DNA of 64,000 nt from Pristiophorus japonicus. Lineage: Eukaryota. The first letter of the stretch is position 1. Every line of letters starts with the position of its first letter. A model generated the notes under the pieces. The model worked only from the letters and a program-made list of their open reading frames with translations. It did not search any database and was not told the DNA's origin. The position numbers and the translations under genes are program-made. Shown one piece after another: positions 50,986 to 63,233 of this stretch. The stretch spans positions 50,406,001-50,470,000 of the forward strand of contig NC_091999.1 of assembly GCF_044704955.1 (NCBI RefSeq). Direction: 5' to 3'.

Positions 50986-51423
50986 ATGTGTTCCCCATGT
51001 TCACTACTGATAATAATTGCCATGCTGCCCGGTGAGTCTATGTTTAAAGGGTCAGTTTGTGCTCCATGGGTTATATTTACTATCAGACTTTTAACACATT
51101 CTGTATTTTGTTCCAGGAAGGAGTGGCGAAGATTCAGTGTCCCAGCATCCGTCTGAAGTAATGATTCAGGAGGGTCAGACCTTAAAACTGAACGGTAATT
51201 ACTCAGCAGCGTACACTGCCCCAATTCTCTTCTGGTATGTCCAGTATCCCGGGGAAGTTCCGAGATATTTACTGAACAGATACGGCAAGGGGAATAGGGA
51301 TCATTCTCCTGATTTCCCAGGACGGTTTTCTGCTGCTTTGGACCAAGACTAGTAAACAGTTCCTTTAAATATATCCGGGGCTCTTGTCTCTGAATCTGCC
51401 GTGCATCACTCTGCGCTGACCCC
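50986..51423 (+). pseudogene. TRAV: TCR V-alpha pseudogene V3: leader 50986-51031, V exon 51117-51423
   Basis: Intact leader MCSPCSLLIIIAMLP G|GTGAG and TTCCAG acceptor. Reads RSGEDSVSQHPSEVMIQEGQTLKLNGNYSAAYTAPILFWYVQYPGEVPRYLL..GRFSAALDQD**TVPLNISGALVSESAVHHSALT, with both Cys lost and two stops. Confidence 0.93.
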
Positions 51424-51462
51424 CACACTGCTACACGGGCGCAGTCAGTCCGTACAAAACAA
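51424..51462 (+). other. 23-spacer RSS of V3
   Basis: CACACTG + 23 nt + ACAAAACAA. Confidence 0.88.
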
Positions 51463-51622
51463 GCAATGGAATTTAATTACCTCTCACTGAATCAGCTCTG
51501 AGACCCGGCATTGGGATGTTACAATAGAAATCAAACAATAAAACGAAACGCTCGATAATATATAGCTGGGTAGATAACTAACTAGATAGACCGGCAGATA
51601 GCTAAATACACAGTCTCACTCA

Positions 51623-51659
<37 letters not shown>

Positions 51660-52098
51660 TCTATCTCTTCACCCAATGATCCCTTCCTCCTTTCTTTGAA
51701 ATTATCATCAGATGCAGACAAAAGTGTTAATTCATGCTGCGGCGTCTGCAACGTGTTTCACTGCTCAGTAACGGCGTTGTAATGATTAGTTTCGCAGCTG
51801 AATGATGAAATAATTGGACACTAGCGCTGTTCCAACCATCACCCGAATTCCAGACTGCAATTACTCCAACAGGTTATCAAGATCGCGAAGTGCATAAAAA
51901 AGTTAACTCTGATTATTATTTTAAATGAAACCGCGGAAGTAGAACCTGAGGACGCAAGTTCAAACTATGAAAGGTCAGCTTAGGACTGATGCTGAAAATT
52001 CTTCAGACGCAATATGATTTACCTAGTTTCTGTTTTATTCTTTCTTCCCCTCCCCCTTTCAGTGCTCCATAAGAATCTTTTCATTCGGAACAATCGCC

Positions 52099-52235
52099 AG
52101 TTCTGATGAAGGTTCATCTACCTGAAAGGTCAACTCTGTTTCTCTCTCCACAGATGCTGCCTGGCCCTCTGAGATTTCCAGCATTTTATTTTTTATGTCA
52201 GATTCTATCATCCGCAGTATTTTGCTTTTGTATTA
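52099..52235 (+). mobile_element. Penelope-like 3' end with a minimal type I hammerhead motif (52099-52135)
   Basis: AGTT-CTGATGA-AGGT(tcatct)ACCT-GAAA-G-GTC-AACT, followed by CTCTCCACAGATGCTGCC. Confidence 0.65.
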
Positions 52236-54109
52236 TGATTTACCTCTTGGTGTTCGCGCCATCGCATTCTGCTCAAACCTGCCAGTGACTCTCCATTTTA
52301 TTGAGGTTAAAGGAGTTATTTTAATTTACCACATCATTGTGTTCAAATCCTTCATGGCTCGCTTCCCGTCTACATCCCCCTTTTATCGGCTATGCTTAGT
52401 GGTAATGGTCAGCAAACAGCTCCTTTAATGGGAAGCTCCCGCACAGCTGTCAGAACAACATTAATTGTTTCCTTCACTGCTCTCGCTTTACAAATTGACC
52501 CTGTTAAAGAGGTAACATAGACAGATTTTTGAGCGATAAGGGAATAAATGGTCATGGGGAGAGCGCAGGGAAGTGGAGCTGAGTCCATGATCCGATCAGC
52601 CATGATCTTGTTGAATGACGCAACAGGCTCAAGGAGCCAGGTGGCCTAATCCTGCTTCTATTTCTTGTGTTCTTATAACATTTGCCACCTAGCTACATAC
52701 GGAGATATTAGAGCAGATATTTAGGGGTGGAATTCCAGAGTTTAGGGCCGAGGCAGGTGAAGACACGGCGGCTAATTTTGGAGCGATTAAATTGGGATTG
52801 CACAAGTGGCCAGAATTGAAGGAGCAGACAGGTCGTGGAGGGTTGTCGGTTTCAACAGTCTGAAATTAATGCAACTGCATCTTAAACCTTTCCTTTCGTT
52901 ATTAATTATAGGGATATTGATTTCACTGGCATGTCAGCATTTATTGCCCATCCCTTGGTTTCCCCTTGAGAAATTGCTGGTGAGCCATCTGCTTTTCGAA
53001 CCACTGCAGTTCTGCTCCTTTCAAGCGTTTGATACAACTGGGGGGCATGCAGGGCCATTTCAAAGAGCTAAATCACGTTGAGTATGGGACTGGAATCACT
53101 TTTGGGGTAAGGACGGCTGATTTCTTTCCCTGACGGGACATTAGTGTACCCGTTGGGGTTTTTGCCAATGCCGATCACTTTATGGTCACTTTTTCTGATA
53201 CCAGCCTCTCATTTATTTTTTAAAAATCGGAATTTAAATTCCCAAACTACGCAGGTACCATTTTAATTCGTGCAATAAACTGCTTCGCCCAGGCCTCTGG
53301 ATTACAAATGGAGTAACATAACGAAAATACCGCTGCAACATTTTTAAGGCGTAATGTTCTCTGCCTCAAACACTATTTGTGGCAAAATGTCCCATGCTCC
53401 AACAACTCCCACGCTCGCGTCCATGCATATATTTTTCTGAGCTTCTGTCACTCTCTTGTTAATATGTTGCATTTTATGATCTTTCTTTACCGATTCCCAC
53501 AAGCAGAGGAATCAGTCTTTTCATCTTCTCTCCAGTAAAGCTACTTTACAACAAAAACTCGATTAGATCGCATAAACTTATTAGCTTCAATCGAAATCTC
53601 AAGTCTCCAATCATAAATGCAGTTACAATTGCTAGGTTCGTCTTTGTCCATATCAGTAGTTAAAGCTTCCAACTTTAATATGATTTCTATAAAGGCCATC
53701 TTGCTCTACAGATATCAATCTTACAGTGGAACAACCAGCCCAGCAGTAAGAGTACTAGACCAGTAACTCGCAGTTCGTAAGTTCGAAGCTCCCCAAGCCG
53801 TGAAACTGATGTAAAATACAGCTGAAAATATGTGAGTTGCCAAAAGGAAAGTAGGATGAAAGCTGACGGATGGTTGTTAAAAACCACAATTGGTTGAATA
53901 ATATCTTTCATTGTAGGGAATCTGTTCCTCACTTAACCTGCTTCTCTGCTAATACACTCAAGGCGCCAGGGGATTGGCTAGTAAAACCTCGCTGTAGTCA
54001 TTCACCTCCCAGGAACAAAGAACATTTTGAGCCCTAAAAATTTAGTTGTCCGAGTACAGCAATCACTAAAAGCTAGCGGACTGGACAGCTACACAGGCTC
54101 TCGTATGGA

Positions 54110-54177
54110 TTGTTCAGCCACCAAAGAACTCACTTCCGGAGTGGAAGCAAGTCTTTCTCGATTCCAAGGGACTGCCT

Positions 54178-54205
<28 letters not shown>
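54110..54205 (+). mobile_element. RTE-type 3' end with (GAT)n tail
   Basis: GGAAGCAAGTC..GGGACTGCCTATGATGATG parallels the RTE 3' end at 4350-4400. Confidence 0.65.
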
Positions 54206-54208
<3 letters not shown>

Positions 54209-54384
54209 CATTTAACACAGAATTTGACAGATTTTTGATCGATGAGGAAATAAAAGGGTCAGGGGGAGCAGGCAGGGAACTGAGTCCATGATCAAATCAA
54301 CCATGATCTTATATATTGTGGAGTAGGCTTGTGGGGCCAGGTGGCCTCCTCCTGTTGCTATTTCTTATGTTCTTGTGTAAATCC

Positions 54385-55345
54385 GTGCTTCGAGTCCGAA
54401 GCTCCCCTGTTTACCCTGGCACCGAGAAGAGCAGATACAGGACATTGAAAAACTAACTCCTACAAGACGATGGAAACCTACTTCTGCCGATAGCATCTCC
54501 GGCCAAACCCGGAAAAGATTGTCACCTCGGCATTCCACCTTCACACCCATCAAGCATACCAAGCTTTGAAAGGCTCCTTATGTGGAATAGCGGTAAACGA
54601 TGCCAAAATAAAAACCCTCCTATTTAGGATTCACGCTGGATCACACGCTGTCATATAGACAACATCTCCAGTGCCTTGGCAAGAAACTGAAGAGTAGAAT
54701 GAACATGATCGAGAAACTCGCCGGAACCACATGAGGATCAGACCCTCAAGCCCTCCCCCTCCCCCCGTACTACAGCACTCGCACTGGTTTACTCTGCAGT
54801 GGAGTTCCGCTTTCCGGCTTGGATATCAATTTCGGTTGTTAAATCCGTTGATGTCCAGCTGAATTCTACTATGAGAATAATCACCGGTACGCTTTTATCG
54901 ACACCAACACCTTGGCTCCCCGTGCTTACAAACATTGCACTACCACACACACGTCGCAAATAATTATTCTCCAGAAAATACATGCTGATACAAAAATATG
55001 CTGATCCAGGCAGAATTGAACAATCTGCTACCAACCCGTCTTAAATGTGGAAGGCCATTTTGGGGCACTACCAAAGCCCCTCAACGATCTCCCCTCAGCC
55101 TTAACGACCGATGGCCAAATGCCTGGTAGAACTGAAATGGATTCCTTATAGTAAACCCCACAGTACATCCTGTAGAATCTGAACTTCATCACAAAGAGTG
55201 CGGGACCATGTAACTGCCTCAGAACTGGTCATGATAGATGCAGCCTCCATCAATATAGGAGAAATATTAATGCAACCCCATCAGGCCACATTGGAGCTAC
55301 AAAGCAGACTCAGGAGCACATTATTGAGTACTTGGATACTGACAT
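54385..55345 (+). mobile_element. Vingi/Ingi-like LINE 3' fragment, degenerate
   Basis: LGFTLDHTLSYRQHL..KLKSRMNMIEKLAGT, ALALVYSAVEF..VDVQLNSTMRIITGTL.STPTPWLPVLTNI. Confidence 0.7.
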
Positions 55346-55384
55346 TTGTAATTTGATACTACCTAACGAATTAGAGGAGGCATA

Positions 55385-58273
55385 CGGAGAGAGAGAGAAG
55401 CAATGGGAAATCAGATAGAGAAACACTGCGACATTCAGAATTAGAGGGAAAACGATAGGTATTTAGATAGAGAGACACTGAGAGTCAGACAGGGAGAAAA
55501 ACAGGAGTGATCAGATAGAGAGACACGGAGACAGTCAGACAGGGAGAAGATCAGGCGTAGTCAGATAGTAAGACATTGAGGTAATCTGACAATGAGACAG
55601 AAACAGTGGGTGATCATACAGAGAGAAACTGAAACAGTCAGGCACAGACAGTAACAGGGTGTAATCATAGAGCGAGAGACATTGACATAGTCAGACACAC
55701 AGAGAACAGGGACTAATCAGAGAGGGCAACAATGTGACAATCAGACAGAGATAGAGAGAGAGAGGAGTAATCAGATAGAGACACGCTGAGGCAGTTAGAT
55801 TCAGAGAGCCAGTCGCAAATATTAATCAGATAGGGAGACACTGAAATAGCCAGACAGAGAGTGAGAAGCAGGGAGTAATGAGATAGAGATATACTGCGAC
55901 AGTCATACAGAGATAGAAACAAGGGGCAATCATATAGAATCTCACTGAGACACAGTCGGACAGAGAGCGAGAGAGACGCAGGATGTATTCAGGTAGANNN
56001 NNNNNNNNNNNNNNNNNNNNNNNNNNNNNNNNNNNNNNNNNNNNNNNNNNNNNNNNNNNNNNNNNNNNNNNNNNNNNNNNNNNNNNNNNNNNNNNNNNNN
56101 NNNNNNNNNNNNNNNNNNNNNNNNNNNNNNNNNNNNNNNNNNNNNNNNNNNNNNNNNNNNNNNNNNNNNNNNNNNNNNNNNNNNNNNNNNNNNNNNNNNN
56201 NNNNNNNNNNNNNNNNNNNNNNTATACACTGGGAATGGCAGACATAGAAAGAGACTCTGAGATACAGACAGAGAGAGAAAAACGGGTTAATCAGATGGAT
56301 TGTAACTGAGACAGTCAAACAGCGTGAAGCACGGAGTAATCAGTTAGAGAGACTCTGACACTGTGAGCCCGAATGATAAACAGGGATAATCAAATAGAGA
56401 AATACTGAGACAGACAGACACAGAGAGACACAGTAGTAAATTAGATAGGTTTACAGCCAATCATAGAAATATAGAAAATAGTTGCAAGATTAGACCATTC
56501 GGCCCTTCGAGCCTGCACCGCCATTCAATACGATTATGACTGATCATTCCCTCAGTACCCTTTTCCTGCTTTCTATCCATACCCCTTGATCCCCTTAACC
56601 GGAAGGGCCATATCGAACTCCCTGTTGAATATATCCAATGAACTGGCATCAACAACTCTCTGCGGCAGGGAATTCCATCGTTTAATAACTCTCTGAGTGA
56701 AGAAGTTTTTCCTAAATGGCTTACCCGTTATCCTAAGACTACGTCCCCTGGTTCCGGTCTTCCCCAACATTGGGAACATTCTTCCTGCATCTTAGCTGTA
56801 CAGTACCGTCAAAATCTTATACGTTTCTATGAGATCCCCTCCCATCCTCCTAAAGTCCAGTGAATAAAGGCCCAGTTGATCTTGTCTCTTCTCGTATGAC
56901 ATTAATGACAGAAGGAGGCGTTAATTGAATAGAGAAACACCGAGACAGTCAGACACAGATAGAGAGAAACAGGGGTTAATCAGATAGTGAGACAGTGAGT
57001 CAGGCCGAGAGGGAGAAGCAGGTAATATTCAGATAGAGAGATATTTTGACAGAGAGAGAGAGAAAAATGGTCAATCAGAAAGATAGGTACTGTGGTAACA
57101 GACACAGAGAGAGAGAAGGAGGGAGTATTCAGAAAGAAACGCTGAGACTGTCAGACACAGAGAGAAAAACAGATGAATCAAATGGAGTGAAACTGCGACA
57201 GACAGAGATAAAATCAGGGAGTGATCAGATTGTGAGACTCTGAGACAAAAAGACCGGAAGACAAACAGTGTTAATCATACATAGATATACTGAGACAGAC
57301 AGGTAGACAGACGAGCAGCGGTAAATTAGATAGTGACACTGAGAGAATCAGATACTACGAGACAGAACCAGGGGTTAATCGAATAGAGATATTGAGATAA
57401 TCAGACAGAGAGAGGGAGAACAGGGGAAATCAGACAAATACATTTCGCTACAGTCAGGAGGATAGAGAAACAGGAGGTAATCAGATAGAGGCAGTGAGAC
57501 AGTCAGACAGAGAGGGTGAAGCAGGTAATATTCAGATAGAAAGATATTTTGACAGACAGACAGAAAGAGAAACAGGGGATAATGAGAAAGTGAGGTACTG
57601 AGGTAACAGACACACAGAAAGAGAAGGATGGAGTATTTAGATAGGGACACTGATAGTGTCAGACACAAAGAGAAAAACAGATTAATCAAATGGAATGAAA
57701 CGGCACAGTCAGGGAGATAAAATCAGGCACTGATCAGATATGGAGACTCTGAGACAGAAAGACCGAAAGACAAACAACGTTAATCATATAGAGAGATACT
57801 GAGACCGAATTACAGAGAGAGAAACAGGGGTAAATTAGATAGAGTGAGACTCAGACAATCAGATACTACGAGACAGAAGCAGACGTTAATCGAATAGAGA
57901 TACATTGAGACAATCAGGCAGAGAGATAGAGAGAACAGGGGTAATCAGATGAAGAAATTTCGATACAGTCAGGAAGATAGAGAAACAGGGGTAATCAGAT
58001 GGAGACAGTGAGACAGTCAGACAGAAAGGGAGAAGCAGGTATTATTCAGATAGAGATACATTTTGACAGACAGACAGAGAGAGAAATAGGGGTAATCAGA
58101 CAGAAAGAAAGACAGAGGCTGTCAGACAGAGAGATAACAGGAATTCGTCAGGTAGGAAGACAATGAGGCAACAGACAGTGAAAGAGAAATACGGGTAATC
58201 TGATCGATATACACTGATGTAGTCTGAAACAGAGAGATCACAGATGTTAATCAGAAATTGAGACAGACAGACA

Positions 58274-58331
<58 letters not shown>

Positions 58332-58831
58332 GAGAGAGAGTGAGTGAGAGAGAGAGAAGCATGGGGTAAACAGATGGATAGACATTGAAACACATAGACG
58401 GGGAAAGAGAGAGGGGTTAATCAGATAAATAAATACTGGGACAGTCAGAAAGAGAGCAACGTAGGGTAAGCAGATAGAGAGACACTGAGATAATCAGACA
58501 GAGGGAGTGAAACAGGAGGTAATCAGATCGACAGACACTGAGACAGTCAGAGAGAGCGAATGAGATAAGGGGTAATCAGACAGAGAGACAGTGAGAAAGT
58601 CAGGAGTGAAAAAAACAGGGCGTGATCAGATAGATAGACAACGATAATTCAGAAATAGGGAGAAAACAGGGTTTAAACTGATAGAGAGACATTGAGAAAA
58701 TCAGGCACAGGGTAAAGCAGGGCTTATGAGATACTGAGCGAGATAGAGAGATAGAGAGACCGCTATGGAGAGAGACAGAGATAGAAAGAGGTATATAGAT
58801 AGAGAGATACAGGTATAGATTTAGAGAGAGG

Positions 58832-58921
<90 letters not shown>

Positions 58922-59130
58922 GGGGATAGATAAAGCATAAGACAGACACAGGGATAAAGAGATACAGAGTGATTCAGAGAAACAGAGAGAAAGAGAAAGG
59001 GAGAGCGAGAGTTGAAGGGAGAGATAGAGAGAAAGTCAGACTGTCAGAGATACAGATATGTATAGACATATATATATATATAGAGAGATACAAATTATAC
59101 AGAGGTAAAGAAATCGAGAGAGATAAAGTG
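55385..59130. repeat. Purine-rich degenerate ~46-bp satellite grading into (GA)n
   Basis: Unit GGGTAATCAGATAGAGAGACACTGAGACAGTCAGACAGAGAGAGAAACA repeated dozens of times. Confidence 0.9.
56462..56900 (-). mobile_element. CR1 3' fragment inserted in the satellite
   Basis: CATAGAAA tail and MFPMLGK..NFFTQRV..WNSLPQ. Confidence 0.9.
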
Positions 59131-60019
59131 AGACTGTAAGGGGATAAAATACCATCACTAAAGTGGGAGTGGACAGACGGACAGATGGTCACTAAAGTGG
59201 CTACTGAAGGTAGTGAATTGATCTAACACATGGTCTAGATTGTAGGCCTTATCAGTATTAGGAGGTTCTGAGGAATCAGGAGTTCCTCTGTCTTACGGTA
59301 GGGATTATAATATATATTAAATTGACCGGTTGTATGAAAAACTCACTTATGTATGTACAGCACGCTTATACTCTCGCTTTTTATGGGTTTTCAGTCGCGG
59401 AAACAGCAAATTGTGCTTCACAATAAAGACTGAGGGAAACATACATTCAGTACAGAATAACACATCCATCAAAGTCAGTGGAGAATTAACAGTTTGAAAC
59501 AAGATTGGACAGCCTCTCAATCTCATGAGATTCTTAAGGGAACTCGAACATTTTCACTAGAATTCTCTTGGGAACAGGATAAGAAAGTATGTATTTGGGA
59601 ACAAGATAGCAAATCCTGGGAAGCAATTTCAATTCACACTTCATGAGGAATTGAGGCAAATTTGACACCACAGAATAACACATTCCAGAAGAGTGACATG
59701 TGATGCAAGATGGAGAGGTGGGGAAGCACTACTCAGAGCCAGTCTGACAAGGGTCGACACATCAATGTAAGTTCGTTGATAGCAGTATGCCAATCGATAT
59801 TTTTTTTAAGACGGGCGCACACCTCTAAAATTGTAGAAGTGTGTTTGCAAAACCTCTGTTCTGGGAAGGTCCATCCATGAAAACTTCCCCTGCATGCTTG
59901 AATACAAACCAGTTGAAACGAAGTTTCGTCTGAGTGATTCTGTGGTCGCTATACGGGCGGGTAGGTGTCGATTCCTTACATCAGGGAGTCCACCTTGAGT
60001 AAGAGAAGTTTTCCTTCTA

Positions 60020-60256
60020 CAGCAACAGAGACAATGATACAAAGAGGTTGAGAGATACAGCGATTGAGCAAGCGGTACAGGGAGCGAGAAAAAGAGATAA
60101 AGAAAGAGAGAGCGAGAAAGATACATAGATAGATAGACTGATACAGAGATACAGAGAGAGATAGAGAGATGGAAAGAGAGAGATAGAGAGAGAAAGAGAA
60201 AGGTACATAGATAGAGAGACTGATACAGAGATAATGAGAGACAGAGAGCAATGTAA

Positions 60257-60289
<33 letters not shown>

Positions 60290-60290
60290 T
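60020..60290. repeat. GA-rich low-complexity tract
   Basis: Seen directly in the sequence. Confidence 0.85.
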
Positions 60291-60497
60291 TCATGATTGT
60301 GCTTCTTGATAAAGATCTTCACTCCAAACTCAGTATCATGATTTCAATCCTGTCTTCTGACGCTGATTCGTCCTGTTTTTTTGAATGGACAATGAAAGGT
60401 TGACAATGTTATAAAACCCATCAGCACCTGTCAGTATGTGCTAGAAGCTTTGTTTTCCACTTATGGTTTGCAGAGATCTGTTCCCGAGGTGCCATTC

Positions 60498-60991
60498 AGG
60501 TATTTGTTTCCAGTTGCTCTCCTGTTTACACTGAGGGTAGGCTTTGCGCAATGCATTGAGCTGTGTGTATGTGTTACTGGCATTTATGAAATTGCAAGTG
60601 TGGGTCCAGCCTCCATTGCTTGAGTGTTGTTTATTCTGATAACATGATGCCTTTTACTTGCTTATGTTCCTTATCAAGTCCAGTGAGGAAATAGTGTCCG
60701 TGTTTCAGGACCCACCGAGTAACACCTTGGGTGACGGGCAAAGTTTCACTTTGAAGTGTAATTATGCGACATCACCTCCTCACCCTTCATTTTTTCTCAT
60801 GCATTCAGCAGCCAGAGGCAAATCCGCAATAAATACTGCAAAGCTCGATCTGGAAATAATGTAACTGCCTTTGGGAAGTGTCTGCTGTAGTTACATTAGA
60901 CAATGCCATAGGAACGGTTCCTTTAAACATTCAATATTGCCAGGTGTCTGACAGCGTCATTTATTACTGTTCACTTGCTCTGTGCACAATG
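60498..60991 (+). pseudogene. TRAV: TCR V-alpha/delta pseudogene V4: probable leader 60498-60536, V exon ~60677-60984, heptamer 60985-60991
   Basis: SSEEIVSVFQDPPSNTLGDGQSFTLKCNYATSPPHPS/fs/..IQQPEANPQ*IL../VTLDNAIGTVPLNIQYCQVSDSVIYYCSLAL, then CACAATG with no nonamer. The leader-like (R)YLFPVALLFTL|GTAGG lacks an ATG. Confidence 0.85.
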
Positions 60992-61004
60992 TGCATGGTT
61001 GAAA

Positions 61005-61640
61005 GCCGGCTTTTCCCATCTGTCAAGCTCCAACTTGACAGATCCTCCACATCTCAGCAGCCAGCACATTCGCATGGGCAAGATTGCAAATGTCCTGAAA
61101 ACTTGAAGCTGATAAAAGCAGGTGCAAAGCCTTCTTTTATAGGCATAAGAGTTTTAAATCATGAAACTCATAGAAAAATAAAATTTAAAATACATTTTTT
61201 GTTAAAAGCCCTGCCCACTGAGGTAAGTTTATTTTAAACCGGAAATAAAAAAAACTTTTTTTTAAATTGGAAAGATTTTTTTATTGGACAAAAATAGCTT
61301 TAATTTAAATAAATATAAAATATGTGGTGTATTTTTTCTTTTTTTTCTTTTTGTTTTGATGTTTGGCGGGTGTGTTTCTCAATCAAAATAACCGGAAATC
61401 CAACTTATAGAGTTCCCGTTATTTTAAATGAGAAAATATTGTACCTTGATTGGCTGCCCAGGGCCATGTGATTCCAGCTCAAGCTTATGGACGTTGAGAC
61501 GTGCACGCCTCTGCTGCACAGCGTGGAGGCCTTAGGCCTGAATTGATGGTAGTCGCAGCAATTGCAGGTAGTTGTGCAACTTTTAAAATTTTTTAGTCGA
61601 TCGCCTTCGGGAAGACCTCGACTGGGATTTCTAGGCCATT
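61005..61640. mobile_element. MITE-like palindrome-rich repeat
   Basis: ATCTGTCAAG-CTCCAA-CTTGACAGAT at 61018-61043, AT-rich core, and an ATTTCTAGGCC end. Confidence 0.5.
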
Positions 61641-61643
61641 GTT

Positions 61644-63233
61644 AAACATAGAAACATAGAAACATAGAAAATAGGTGCAGGAGTAGGCCATTCGGCCCTC
61701 CAACCTGCACCGCCATTCAATGAGTTCATGGCTGAATATTCAACTTCAGGACCCCATTCCTGCTTTCTCGCCATACCCCTTGATCCCCCTCGTAGTAAGG
61801 ACCTCATATTACTCCTTTTTGAATATATTTAGTGAATTGGCCTCAACAACTTTCTGTGGTAGAGAATTCCAAAGGTTCACCACTCTCTGGGTGAAGAAGT
61901 TCCTCTGCATCTCGGTCCTAAATGGCTTACCCCTTATCCTTAGACTGTGACCTTTGGTTCTGGACTTCCCCAACATTGGGAACATTCTTCCTGCATCTAA
62001 CCTGTCTAACCCCGTCAGAATTTTAAATGTTTCCATGAGGTCCCCTCTCATTCTTCTGAACTCCAGTGAATACAAGCCCAGTTGATCCAGTCTTTCTTGA
62101 TAGGACAGTCCCGCCATCCCGGGAATCAGTCTGGTGAACCTTCGCTGCACTCCCTCAATAGCAAGAATGTCCTTCCTCAGGTTAGGAGACCAAAACTGTA
62201 CACAATACTCCAGGTGTGGCCTCACCAATGCCCTGTACAACTGTAGCAACACCTCCCTGCCCCTGTAATCAAATCCCCTTGCTATGAAGGCCAAGATGCC
62301 ATTTGCTTTCTTAACCGCCTGCTGCACCTGCATGCCAACCTTCAATGACTGATGTACCATGACACCCTGGTCTCTTTGCACCTGCCCTTTTCCTAATCTG
62401 TCACCATTCAGATAATAGTCTGTCTCTCTGTTTTTACCACCAAAGTGGATAACCTCACATTTATCCACATTATACTTCATCTGCCATGCATTTGCCCACT
62501 CACCTAACCTATCCAAGTCGCTCTGCAGCCTCACAGCATCCTCCTCGCAGCTCACACTGCCACCCAACTTAGTGATATCCGCAAATTTGGAGATACTACA
62601 TTTAATCCCCTCATCTAAATCATTAATGTACAGTGTAAACAGCTGGGGCCCCAGCAAAGAACCTTGCGGTACCCCACTAGTCACTGCCTGCCATTCTGAA
62701 AAGTACCCATTTACTCCTACTCTTTGCTTCCTGTCTGACAACCAGTTCTCAATCCATGTCAGTACATTACCCCCAATCCCATGTGCTCTAACTTTGCACA
62801 TCAATCTCTTGTGTGGGACCTTGTCGAACGCCTTCTGAAAGTCCAAATATACCACATCAACTGGTTTTCCCTTATCCACTCTACTGGAAACATCCTCAAA
62901 AAATTTCAGAAGATTTGTCAAGCATGATTTCCCTTTCACAAATCCATGCTGACTTGGACCTATCATGTCACCTCTTTCCAAATGCACTGCTATGATATCC
63001 TTAATAATTGATTCCATCATTTTACCCACTTCCGATATCAGGCTGACCGGTCTATAATTCCCTGTTTTCTCTCTCCCTCCTTTTTTAAAAAGTGGGGTTA
63101 CATTGGCTACCCTCCACTCCATAGGAACTGATCCAGAGTAAATGGAATGTTGGTAAATGACTGTCAACGCATCCACTATTTCCAAGGCCACCTCCTTAAG
63201 TACTCTGGGATGCAGTCCATCAGGCCCTGGGGA
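61644..63233 (-). mobile_element. Young 5'-truncated CR1 with an uninterrupted RT and C-terminal frame
   Basis: ORF 61809-63287 is CR1 from SPGPDG onward. The catalytic FADD reads FADI. ATAGAAAC tail. Confidence 0.96.

Noticed and set aside
55385-59130. Class-switch (S) region
   Set aside because: It is not upstream of a C exon and not AGCT-rich, and sharks are not known to have conventional S regions.
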